Assembly (NCBI GenBank): GCA_035461905.1
Contig: DATHUV010000004.1
Span: 6,850-70,849, forward strand
Direction of reading: 5' to 3'
From: Acidimicrobiia bacterium
Lineage (GTDB): Bacteria; Actinomycetota; Acidimicrobiia; Spongiisociales; UBA5794
Length of the DNA stretch: 64,000 nt
The position numbers and the translations under genes were made by a program. Positions 16,827-25,225 of this stretch are shown in pieces. A model generated the notes under the pieces. The model was not told the DNA's origin. It made no database searches and worked only from the letters and a program-made list of their open reading frames with translations. How positions within the stretch are numbered: the stretch's first letter is position 1; every line of letters begins with the position of its first letter.

Positions 16827-19544
16827 TCAGCTGCGCGAGCGCCGCATTTGGATCTCCTTGTCGACCGCCACGAACAGCGGACCGACCAGGGAAAGGGCGA
16901 TCACGACCACCCACTGTGCCCCTGTGAGCGACACGGTCGTCAGGAGGCGCTGGAACACGCCGATCTCGATGGCCGCCACCGTGAGGAACCAGCCGAGCAT
17001 CACCCATCCCATGTAGGGGAAGAGCGGGGACGCCCAGAACGGCTGGCGTTCACGACGCAACATCAGACCGTTGTTCACACCTGCGAGGGCGACCACACCG
17101 AAGGCCATCGTCATCGACACGGATCCCACCGTGGTGCTCGGCTCATCGGGGCCGTATGAGAGCAGGAGAAGGGCAGGTCCGGCGATCAGGAACCCGCCGA
17201 TCACCCAACGGAAGGTTTGCGCCCTGGTGGCGATCTTCGTGCCGGGTCTGCGCGGAGGTCGCTCCATGACACTGGAGTCGGGTACGTCGACGATGAACCC
17301 GACCACGACCGTGGCGATGACGAAGAACTTCGCGAACAACAGCTGCATCGGGAAGAGAGCGACCCCCTCGTTGATGTTGATGATCGTGGCCAGCAGCATC
17401 AGCTGGAGTACCGAGGACAGCACTGTCAGCTGGAGCTTCACGTACGACGAGATTCGGCGGTAGATGTCCCGTCCGAGTTCGACCGCATGCACGAGCGTGG
17501 CGAAGTTGTCGTCGGTGAGGATCAGCTTCCCCGCCTGCTTCGTGACCTCCGATCCTGAACCCATCGCAACCCCGATGTCGGCCTGCTTGAGGGCAGCGGC
17601 ATCATTGACGGCGTCTCCTGTCATCGCGACGACCTCGCCGGACTCCTGCATCAGCCGTGCGAGGCGCACCTTGTCCTCTGGTGCGACCCTCCCGAAGACG
17701 TGCAATTCGGGAAGCCGCTCGATGACCGTGGCGTCGTCGAGGGCGGCGAGCTCGTTTCCGGTGATCACCCCCACGCCGAGGCCGAGCTGGTCGGCGATGG
17801 CCCTGGCCGTGATCGTGTGGTCGCCCGTGATCATCCGCACATCGATACCAGCGGCGTGGGCCTGCTGGACCGCATCCCTCGCCTCGAGGCGCAACGGGTC
17901 GATGATGCCGACCAGCGCCACCATGCTGATGTCGGAAACGGCGCCCATGGGGTCGTTCGTCGCTGTGGCGAACTCATCATCGGACAAGCCCTTGGCGGTG
18001 AAGGCGAGGACTCGTAGTCCCTTCTCCGAGAGCTCCCGGTTCGCGGCGAGGAACTTGTCGCGCACGTCGTCCATCGGAACGAACTCGCCCCCCCACCTCG
18101 CCCAACCGCACCGGTCGATCACGACATCGGGCGCACCCTTGACGGTCATGAAGTGCGGGGAGTCCGCGATGCCTCCGGTCGCCCCGGGAGGACGGTCGTG
18201 GAACGTGGCCATGAACTTGTACTCGGAGTCGAATGGCACCTCCGCACGCCGCGGCAGGCTGCGGCGGGTCTCCTCGGCATCGACGCCGATCTTGGCTGCG
18301 AGGACCACGAGGGCTGCCTCCGTCGGGTCGCCGATGATCGATCCGTCGTCCGCAACGGTGGCGTCACTGCACAGCGTCAGACCCAGTGCCAGCCTCGTGA
18401 AGTCGGGCTTCACGTTCCCTGCCGACCCGAGGATCGCACCGGTCTTCGTGTAGCCGCTGCCCTCGATCTTGTACCACTCGCCGTCAGCGAGCATCGAGGT
18501 GGCCGTCATGGCGTTCATCGTGAGGGTGCCGGTCTTGTCCGAGTTGATGACGGTCGTGCCCCCGAGCGTCTCGACGTCCGTGAGGGACTTGACCACGGCC
18601 TTGTGCTCTGCGAGGCGCTGGGCGCCCGATGACAACATCAGTTGGACGAACGTCGGCAGACCGGTCGGGATGGCCGAGATCGCCGTCGAGATTGCGAGCA
18701 GGAGGAGGGTCTCGGTGTCCTGGCCACGGGAGATCCCCACGATCGCGATGACCGCGACCGCTCCCCACGCCAGGAACCCGAAGATCTTCGTGAGCCCATC
18801 GAGCTCGAGCTGAAGCGGTGACTTGACCCGCTTGGTCGCCGTGACCATGTCGGCGATGTGACCCATCTGCGTCGACGCACCAGTCGCGACGACCACGACC
18901 GTCGCCGATCCCCGTGTGACCTGGGTGTTCTGGAACACGAGGTTCGTGCGGTCCCCAAGGGCGGTTTCGGCGTCCGGCAGTGTCGTGGCGTCCTTGGCAA
19001 TCGGAGCGCTCTCCCCTGTCAGCGATGCCTCCTGCACCTCGAGGGTTGCCGAGGTCACGATGCGGGCATCGGCAGGCACGATGTCGCCTGCTTCGAGGAG
19101 GAGGATGTCGCCGGGGACGAGGCCACTGGCGTCGATCTCCTCAACCCGATCGGACCTTCGGACCCGCGCGGTCGCGACCTGGAGCTGGGCGAGTGCGTCG
19201 ACACTCGCCATCGCCTTCTTCTCCTGATTCGTGCCCATGATCACGTTGAACAGCACCAGCGCCATCACGATGGCACCGGTCGAGATCTGTCCGATGGCGA
19301 AGCTCGCGACGCTGACGATCAGCAGCATGATGTTCATCGGGTTCGAGATCTGGCCCCTGGCCATCTCCCACGTCGTGGGAGGTGGCTCGGCGACGATCAC
19401 GTTCCGCCCATACTCGGTGAGTCGCCGCTCGACCTCCGACGGGCTCAGACCGTGATCGACGTCAGTGCCGAGCGAACCAATGGCATCGCCGGCAGAGAGG
19501 GCAAACCAAGGGCAAGAAGGAGTGGTTCGGTCGGTCGTTGTCAT
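16827..19544 (-). CDS. P-type cation-transporting ATPase (type II, Ca2+/Mg2+-type)
   Basis: DKTGTLT phosphorylation motif, TGES actuator motif, TGDAVNDAAAL hinge motif, 10 TM pattern; 905 aa. Confidence 0.9.
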   Translation of the reverse strand: MTTTDRTTPSCPWFALSAGDAIGSLGTDVDHGLSPSEVERRLTEYGRNVIVAEPPPTTWEMARGQISNPMNIMLLIVSVASFAIGQISTGAIVMALVLFNVIMGTNQEKKAMASVDALAQLQVATARVRRSDRVEEIDASGLVPGDILLLEAGDIVPADARIVTSATLEVQEASLTGESAPIAKDATTLPDAETALGDRTNLVFQNTQVTRGSATVVVVATGASTQMGHIADMVTATKRVKSPLQLELDGLTKIFGFLAWGAVAVIAIVGISRGQDTETLLLLAISTAISAIPTGLPTFVQLMLSSGAQRLAEHKAVVKSLTDVETLGGTTVINSDKTGTLTMNAMTATSMLADGEWYKIEGSGYTKTGAILGSAGNVKPDFTRLALGLTLCSDATVADDGSIIGDPTEAALVVLAAKIGVDAEETRRSLPRRAEVPFDSEYKFMATFHDRPPGATGGIADSPHFMTVKGAPDVVIDRCGWARWGGEFVPMDDVRDKFLAANRELSEKGLRVLAFTAKGLSDDEFATATNDPMGAVSDISMVALVGIIDPLRLEARDAVQQAHAAGIDVRMITGDHTITARAIADQLGLGVGVITGNELAALDDATVIERLPELHVFGRVAPEDKVRLARLMQESGEVVAMTGDAVNDAAALKQADIGVAMGSGSEVTKQAGKLILTDDNFATLVHAVELGRDIYRRISSYVKLQLTVLSSVLQLMLLATIININEGVALFPMQLLFAKFFVIATVVVGFIVDVPDSSVMERPPRRPGTKIATRAQTFRWVIGGFLIAGPALLLLSYGPDEPSTTVGSVSMTMAFGVVALAGVNNGLMLRRERQPFWASPLFPYMGWVMLGWFLTVAAIEIGVFQRLLTTVSLTGAQWVVVIALSLVGPLFVAVDKEIQMRRSRS

Positions 19545-19746
19545 CGTGGGCGCCCCGGTCTCTCAGGCACGATCCGTGCGGTGGATGTCGGCGTTGATTC
19601 TCGCAGATCGCGTGCGCTGTCGGCCTGTCTGACCGAGAACACACCCGCCTATTGCGTTCAATCATCGAGTGGCTTGTTTCGAATGTGGCGGCGACGGGTA
19701 TAGGTGCCGGACAGCTCATCTGGAGAAAGCTTCAAGGGAGACCACG

Positions 19747-19995
19747 ATGATCGAAGGAGGCGCGCCAGGCGCGGTAGCAATGGACGAGGTAGACCCTCTC
19801 GAAGTCGCTCACGCGACACCGACGGCCGTTACAGCTGGGGCCGCCGACGCCCGGGCAGCCAGCGGAATCGATGGCATGGCCACCGTCGACTCAGCCAGCA
19901 TCGCTGTACGAGCTTCTGCGGCCGTCACTGGTGCCGCCGGTTTCGTCGTCGGCATGTTTCTCGGACCCGCAAACGCCAACACAAGGGTTCGGTAG
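19747..19995 (+). CDS. hypothetical small Ala-rich protein (83 aa) with hydrophobic C-terminus
   Basis: ATG preceded by AAGGGAGA at a 6-nt spacing. No recognisable domain; could be a GC-driven shadow ORF. Confidence 0.3.
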   Translation: MIEGGAPGAVAMDEVDPLEVAHATPTAVTAGAADARAASGIDGMATVDSASIAVRASAAVTGAAGFVVGMFLGPANANTRVR

Positions 19996-20118
19996 TCGGT
20001 GACCCAGAGGCGACGTCAGTTGACGATCCGGCCCCTTGGGGGCGCCTGGGGATGCCTCGCAATGATCGCCATATCCGTGATCGCCTCCGTCGTTCTGACC
20101 GTGCTGCTCAATGTGCTG

Positions 20119-20412
20119 CTATGACCCGGCAGCACCGAGATCATCTCGTGGCGAGTCCAAGTCGGGGAGCCCATCGATGTCACCGCGGACCGAAGCGATG
20201 AACTCGCCGTCCTCCACGATGACGCGGTAGGCGTACTCGGCTTCGCGCTCGGTGCACCCGAGCACCTCCTGGAGGAACTCCACCTGACCTGAGCGACCCG
20301 AAGGGATGTCGCTGAGCCTCACGAGCCGATACTCCTCTCCGTCGACCTCCCAGGTCATCTCCGTGGTTGCGATGTCATTCGTGTGCCAACCGTTCATGTT
20401 CATCTCCCACAT
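20119..20412 (-). CDS. hypothetical acidic protein (97 aa)
   Basis: ATG with a GAGGAA RBS at 6-nt spacing; non-repetitive, balanced composition unlike the shadow ORFs. Divergent from the NERD-helicase gene. Local GC is noticeably lower than the window average. Confidence 0.45.
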   Translation of the reverse strand: MWEMNMNGWHTNDIATTEMTWEVDGEEYRLVRLSDIPSGRSGQVEFLQEVLGCTEREAEYAYRVIVEDGEFIASVRGDIDGLPDLDSPRDDLGAAGS

Positions 20413-20513
20413 TCCGGTTCCTCATTCTTCGCCGCCATCATCCTTCGCCACTATCGATCATCGCCACCATCGTGCATCCCAGGTGTGACAGATTTGCGTC
20501 CCCTGCGTTGTGT

Positions 20514-20527
20514 CGACGTGCACGTCG
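20514..20527. promoter_or_regulatory. perfect 14-bp palindrome CGACGTGCACGTCG, 57-70 nt upstream of the NERD-helicase start
   Basis: Directly visible, and sits in a lower-GC (~55%) intergenic region. Candidate operator. Confidence 0.3.
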
Positions 20528-20583
20528 GACCGGGGCGCCGGTGGAGCGAGGTTCAGAGCGGGCATCTGCGACAATCCTGCTGA

Positions 20584-22194
20584 ATGGCCATGATGTATCC
20601 CGCCCGCTTGCCGGACTCGGCTGCCCCGTCCGAGGGGGCGGTGTTCCATGCGCTTGGGAAGCTTCCGGATCCGTGGCGCGTGTTCCACTCCGTCGCGTGG
20701 CAATCGGTACGCAACGGGAAACAGGGTGACGGAGAGGCCGACTTCGTGCTCGTCCATCCCAAGCACGGCCTGATCGTCCTCGAGGTGAAGGGCGGATCGA
20801 TCGAGATCGTCGGCGGTGAATGGCGGACCTCTGGGAAGACGGGATCGCACCGCATCGACCCCATCGAACAGGCAGTGTCGTCCAAGCACGCCCTCGTCGC
20901 CTACCTGCGCGAGAGCATCGATGGCCTCCCGTGGATCGAGTCCGGGCATGCCGTGTGGTTCCCCGACGTCAGGGTCAGTGGCGACCTCACCGCCGCTGCG
21001 CCCGACGAGCTGCTCCTGGATCGATCCGACCTCTCACGCCCCGTGGCAGCGATCAACGACGTCGTGAATCGCTGGGGCATCCACAAGGCCATCCCGGAGG
21101 ACGCCCTCGAGGCGATCACTGACCGCCTCGCCCCCACGATCACCGTTCGGCACACGCTCGCCGACGACATCGCAGACATCCACGCGAGGCAGGTCGAGCT
21201 CACCGATACCCAGCGGCGGGCGCTCGACGGCTTGAAGCGTGCACGAAGGGTGCTCGTGTACGGAGGCGCCGGTACCGGCAAGACCGTCCTCGCTGCCGAG
21301 CGGGCCCGTCGTCTCGCCGCTGACGGGTTCCGGGTCGTCCTCACCTGCTTCAATCGGCCCCTCGGGGACGCCCTGCGGAGGGAGTTCGAAGGCATCGATC
21401 TCGTCACGGCAGGGTCTTTCCACCGGCTCGCCCACGAGTGGATCACCTCCGCGGGGATGGAGTTCCCCGATGAACCCGACGCCACCTGGTGGGACGATCC
21501 CGCCGGCGAGGCTGTCCTCGAGTCGTTCGAAGCGAACGGCTTCGAGGCGGACGCGATCATCGTCGACGAGGGACAGGACTTTGACGACTCTTGGTTCATG
21601 GCCCTCGAGGGCGCGATCGCCGATCACGACAACGCGCTGTTCCTAGTGTTCGCGGACCCACACCAGGCGATCTACCGAGAGGGCTGGGAGGCGCCGCCCG
21701 ACATGGTCGAGTACGAGCTCGACCTCAACTGCCGCAACACCAACCAGATCGCCACGATCGTCGCCCGCGTCTACGGGGACGAGCCCGCATCGGGCGGCAC
21801 GGACGGCCCGGAGCCGAGGTTCCTGCCCGTCGAGTCGACAGAGGGCATCGACAAGGCACTGCGCGGCGAGCTGCACAGGCTCATCAACGACGGCAACGTC
21901 GGCACCAGCGACGTCGTCGTACTCACCCAGAGCCGTGCAACGAGGGACCGCCTGATCGGCACGACCCTTGCCGGTGTCACGCTCGAGGCGATGGAGGACC
22001 ACTCCAAAGGTGTCGCCGTCGAGACGATCCACCGCCACAAGGGCCTCGAGGCTGCGGCTGCGATCGTCATCCTCGACCGCCTTGAAACAGATCGCGATCG
22101 CTCCCTGGCCTACATCGGCCTGTCGCGGCCCAGGGCCCACCTCGCCGTGATCGGTCCAGCACCCATCGGCGCCGAACTCGGCATGACCAGCTGA
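20584..22194 (+). CDS. NERD (PD-(D/E)xK-like nuclease) domain fused to a UvrD/SF1-like helicase domain
   Basis: N-terminal NERD signature (GEADFVLVHPKHGLIVLEVKGG); Walker A GGAGTGKT; Walker B/DExx IIVDEGQDF; C-terminal UvrD_C-like motif VETIHRHKGLEAAAAIVIL. 536 aa. Confidence 0.8.
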   Translation: MAMMYPARLPDSAAPSEGAVFHALGKLPDPWRVFHSVAWQSVRNGKQGDGEADFVLVHPKHGLIVLEVKGGSIEIVGGEWRTSGKTGSHRIDPIEQAVSSKHALVAYLRESIDGLPWIESGHAVWFPDVRVSGDLTAAAPDELLLDRSDLSRPVAAINDVVNRWGIHKAIPEDALEAITDRLAPTITVRHTLADDIADIHARQVELTDTQRRALDGLKRARRVLVYGGAGTGKTVLAAERARRLAADGFRVVLTCFNRPLGDALRREFEGIDLVTAGSFHRLAHEWITSAGMEFPDEPDATWWDDPAGEAVLESFEANGFEADAIIVDEGQDFDDSWFMALEGAIADHDNALFLVFADPHQAIYREGWEAPPDMVEYELDLNCRNTNQIATIVARVYGDEPASGGTDGPEPRFLPVESTEGIDKALRGELHRLINDGNVGTSDVVVLTQSRATRDRLIGTTLAGVTLEAMEDHSKGVAVETIHRHKGLEAAAAIVILDRLETDRDRSLAYIGLSRPRAHLAVIGPAPIGAELGMTS

Positions 22195-22255
22195 GCCGCA
22201 CGCCCTACAGCCGAGGCGCGCCTCCGGGCGGGGGCGAGCAACGGTGCCTCGAAGG

Positions 22256-22753
22256 TCAGGCGTCGAGGGATCCTGCGAGACGATCGAGCAACGGTACCTG
22301 AGCGGGATTGATTGCCGTGCACGCCGCCGCAAGGGGGAGCCATTCAGCCCTGTCCACCTCGGGGAACTCAGCAATGCGCCCGGAGCCCGGCGGCCACTCC
22401 ATTGGGAACGTGTTGGAGATGATCGATTGCGGATCGATGTCACCTTCGACAGCGAACGCGATGACACGCTTGCCCGCCTTCTGGACCACCTCACCGAGGT
22501 CGATGACCACACCGGCTGGCGGAGCGTGCCCGATCTCCTCACGAAACTCCCTCGAAGCCGCCTCGAGTGCCGTCTCGGATGCGGGGTCGAACTCGCCCTT
22601 GGGTATCGACCACGCCCCATCTGACCTGTTCCTCCAGAAAGGTCCCCCTGGGTGCACCAGAAGCACCTCGACCGCCCCCTCCCGGATCCGGTACAGCATC
22701 AACCCTGCGCTCACACCCACCATGAAGCCATTCTCGTCGCCTGCCGCTCTCAT
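22256..22753 (-). CDS. NUDIX hydrolase
   Basis: Nudix box GEFDPASETALEAASREFREEIG (GX5EX7REUXEEXGU); the start may be the internal Met at 22723. Confidence 0.8.
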   Translation of the reverse strand: MRAAGDENGFMVGVSAGLMLYRIREGAVEVLLVHPGGPFWRNRSDGAWSIPKGEFDPASETALEAASREFREEIGHAPPAGVVIDLGEVVQKAGKRVIAFAVEGDIDPQSIISNTFPMEWPPGSGRIAEFPEVDRAEWLPLAAACTAINPAQVPLLDRLAGSLDA

Positions 22754-22802
22754 CGGTCAGGAGTATGTTTGGGGTGAGGCTTCGAGCGCGAGGGGGTTGA
22801 CA

Positions 22803-23246
22803 GTGTCTCCCGCACGAGAGCGCTGGTATCGAACGTTGTTCTGGGTCGCGGCGATGTACGACATCGCCCTCGGGATCACGTTCCTGTTCTTCTACCGGCC
22901 GGTGTTCGAGTGGCTCGGCATCGAGGACACCCTGCCGGAGCACACGAGCTACATATCGCTCGTCGCGGCGTTCCTGTTCGTCATCGGCGTCGCATACGTG
23001 CTGATCGCTGTCGGCGACCTGGTTCGCAACCGCGACCTCATCGCCGTCGGGATCCTGTACAAGGTCGCCTACTTCTCGGTCGCACTCTGGTATCTGATCG
23101 GAGGCGTGTACCCGCACATCATCTTCTTCGTGGTGTTCGGTGTCGCCGATGCGCTCTTTGCGATCGCCATGGTCGAGTGCCGTGTCCACATCGCTCGGTA
23201 CGAACGGATCTGGATGGATGGGCCGCTCGACGCTGCCGGTGCGTGA
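22803..23246 (+). CDS. hypothetical small integral membrane protein (~147 aa, 4 predicted TM)
   Basis: GTG at 22803 preceded by GAGGGGG. The listed ORF 22308..23246 is garbage upstream of this point and clean hydrophobic helices after it. Confidence 0.5.
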   Translation: MSPARERWYRTLFWVAAMYDIALGITFLFFYRPVFEWLGIEDTLPEHTSYISLVAAFLFVIGVAYVLIAVGDLVRNRDLIAVGILYKVAYFSVALWYLIGGVYPHIIFFVVFGVADALFAIAMVECRVHIARYERIWMDGPLDAAGA

Positions 23247-23257
23247 ACGTCCACTGA

Positions 23258-23275
23258 CCCCTGCTCGCCCAGGGG
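23258..23275. terminator. GC-rich hairpin (CCCCTG-ctcgcc-CAGGGG) in the 33-nt gap between the two convergent membrane-protein genes
   Basis: 6-bp perfect stem with 6-nt loop lying exactly between the convergent stops (23246 and 23280). No U-tract. Confidence 0.3.
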
Positions 23276-23279
23276 CGCC

Positions 23280-23767
23280 CTAAAGGGAGACGAGGACGAG
23301 GACGACGCCGCTGACCACGAGGACGACGTGGACCGAGAGCAGCATCAGGCGAGGCACCCCGTACGGGTCGTCGAGGACGTAGGGAACGGGGAACCACCGA
23401 TACCAGAGCCACATGCCGAGGGAGCCACCGAGGGTGATCCCGAGCGCGATGAGCGTCCAGCCGAGCAACTCGGTGCCGTCGGTCGAGAGGATCATGCCGA
23501 CGAGCCCGACGGTGACGAGCGTGGCCGGCAGGATGAGGGTGTATCGCAAGAGTGGCCGCGACAGGCTCGCTGCGAGGACGACCGGCATGATCACCCAGCC
23601 GAGCATGAGCAGCACGACCACGGCCCGTGGCGCACCACTGCGGATGGCCAACCACGAGATCAGCCCGAGTGCCACCGCGCTCACCACGACCAAGCGCCGA
23701 ACCCTCCGTTCGAACAGGGGATCGGTAGTGAGCTCGACGCCCTGTCGGTGGTCGGCGAACCTCACGC
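23280..23767 (-). CDS. hypothetical small integral membrane protein (~162 aa), translationally coupled to the upstream radical SAM gene
   Basis: Only the C-terminal 160 aa of listed ORF 23280..24272 is hydrophobic and protein-like. A GTG start at 23767 overlaps the TGA stop of the radical SAM gene (GTGA). Confidence 0.55.
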
Positions 23768-25093
23768 CGTCATGACCTCCCGGGACCGTCGGTCGGCACC
23801 ACTGCGGACCTGCGCCTTGAAGCCTGCGCGGCGGCTGGTGAGATCCCCCTCCGAGTAGATGTACCGGCCGAGCTCCACGAGCCCCGACTCGAGCTCTGCG
23901 ACGGTCATGCCCATCGGCTCGAAGTTGACGTCGAACAGCGTGCACTTCTCCCACGCACCGGGCTCGATGATTCGGCCCTCGTCCATGAGCCTGCGGTACA
24001 GCGGAGTCCCCGGGAACGCCGTGAGCACGGTGATCTGGACGTCGAACGGGTTCGTCTCGTCCACGAACTCCTTGATCGAGTCGAATGCCTCGGGACCGTC
24101 GCCGTCGAGTCCAAGGACGAAGCAGGCGTTCACGGCGATCCCCGATTCCTGGACGGTTTCGATCACGCTCCGGTACTCGTCGAGTCGTCCCAGTTTCCAG
24201 TTCCGCCGCGTCTCGAGGCCGTTGAGCGCTGCGGGGTTGAGGCTCTCGAACCCGATCAGGATCTCGCGGCATCCCGCCTCGCGCATCATGTCGAGGAGCA
24301 CGGGGTCATCAGCGACGGAGGCGTCGGTCTCTGTGAACCACGACACGCCCTCGTGCCCGATCGCCTCGACGAGGGCGTGCGATCGGCGCTTGGCAACGAA
24401 CGTGTTGTCGTCGGAGAGCTCGACGAACGGATTCGCCCAGATCTCCTTCATCGCCCTGATCTCCTCCCCGACCTTGTCGGATGGTTTCAGCTTGTACCTC
24501 GGGGACAGGAGCACCGACGATGCGCAGAACTCGCACCGCCACGGGCATCCTCGCTGGGTCTGGACCGTCAGTCGGTTGTACCGCTCGGGATCGAGGAGGT
24601 CGTAGCGCGGAATCGGCGCGTTGGCGAGGTCGTACGAGCCGTCCGATCGGTAGATCCCCGCCAGGTTCCCTGCGAGGGCGTCGTCGAGGATCATCTCCCA
24701 CACCGGCTCTCCCTCACCGACCACGACCGCATCGCAGTACGCCAGCGCCTCATCCGGCAAGGCGGTGACGTGAAGACCGCCGATCACCGTCGTCACTCCT
24801 TCGGCGCGGAACCGCTCGGACAGGGCATAGGCATCCTTGACCTGGGCCGAGTAGCTCGACAGCGCAGCGACGTCACAACCGGGAAGCGGGTCGAGGTCGG
24901 CGATGTCGTCGACCTCGTAGTAGTCGACATCGAACCGGTCGTCCGTGAGGGCCGCGAGCGTGAGGAGGCCGAGGCTCGGGAGCGAGGCGATGGTCCTCCC
25001 CCTCTCGACGAACCCCGGAAGGCTCAGACCGAGGGCGGTGAGCTCGGGGTTGTAGGCCCGAACCCCTGACATCGCAATGAGGGCGATGCGCAT
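23762..25093 (-). CDS. B12-binding-domain radical SAM protein (class B rSAM, HpnJ/BchE-like)
   Basis: N-terminal cobalamin-binding Rossmann-like domain followed by the CPWRCEFC CxxxCxxC radical SAM cluster motif; 443 aa. Confidence 0.85.
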   Translation of the reverse strand: MRIALIAMSGVRAYNPELTALGLSLPGFVERGRTIASLPSLGLLTLAALTDDRFDVDYYEVDDIADLDPLPGCDVAALSSYSAQVKDAYALSERFRAEGVTTVIGGLHVTALPDEALAYCDAVVVGEGEPVWEMILDDALAGNLAGIYRSDGSYDLANAPIPRYDLLDPERYNRLTVQTQRGCPWRCEFCASSVLLSPRYKLKPSDKVGEEIRAMKEIWANPFVELSDDNTFVAKRRSHALVEAIGHEGVSWFTETDASVADDPVLLDMMREAGCREILIGFESLNPAALNGLETRRNWKLGRLDEYRSVIETVQESGIAVNACFVLGLDGDGPEAFDSIKEFVDETNPFDVQITVLTAFPGTPLYRRLMDEGRIIEPGAWEKCTLFDVNFEPMGMTVAELESGLVELGRYIYSEGDLTSRRAGFKAQVRSGADRRSREVMTA

Positions 25094-25225
25094 GGCGCTT
25101 CTTTCGTTCCTCCTTCCAATGTACTCCCACTTGGTCCGCCTGCGGGCACCGGTGTAAACGGGATGGACCGACGTATCGACGGCACGGTCACGGCGCCGCG
25201 AACACCGACGCCTGGAGCTCGCACG

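Noticed and set aside
16079-16927. 282-aa plus-strand ORF overlapping the cysteine synthase-family gene and ATPase end
   Set aside because: The alternate frame is Arg-rich; the real gene (15834..16766) has a PLP-lysine motif.
19545-19746. Possible M-box (Mg2+) riboswitch in the 5' leader of the P-type ATPase
   Set aside because: The reverse-complemented leader lacks the conserved M-box elements as I remember them (for example GGTTAGGTGAGG and the CCAGAGACT region).
22211-22228. CCGAGGCGCGCCTCCGG between the convergent helicase and NUDIX genes as a bidirectional terminator
   Set aside because: It is essentially a no-loop GC palindrome with a bulge and lacks a U-tract. It is more likely coincidental in GC-rich DNA, so it is mentioned but not called.
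21643-22620. 325-aa minus-strand ORF antisense to the NERD-helicase
   Set aside because: Shadow frame with no motifs; the sense frame has Walker A/B and a NERD signature.
23768-24272. N-terminal 170 aa of listed ORF 23280..24272
   Set aside because: Arg-rich and antisense to the radical SAM gene; only the C-terminal hydrophobic part downstream of GTG 23767 looks like a real protein.
25094-25225. RiPP precursor peptide upstream of the B12-radical SAM gene
   Set aside because: No small ORF with a start codon and RBS could be found in the 132-nt upstream region in either frame, so a RiPP role is unsupported.
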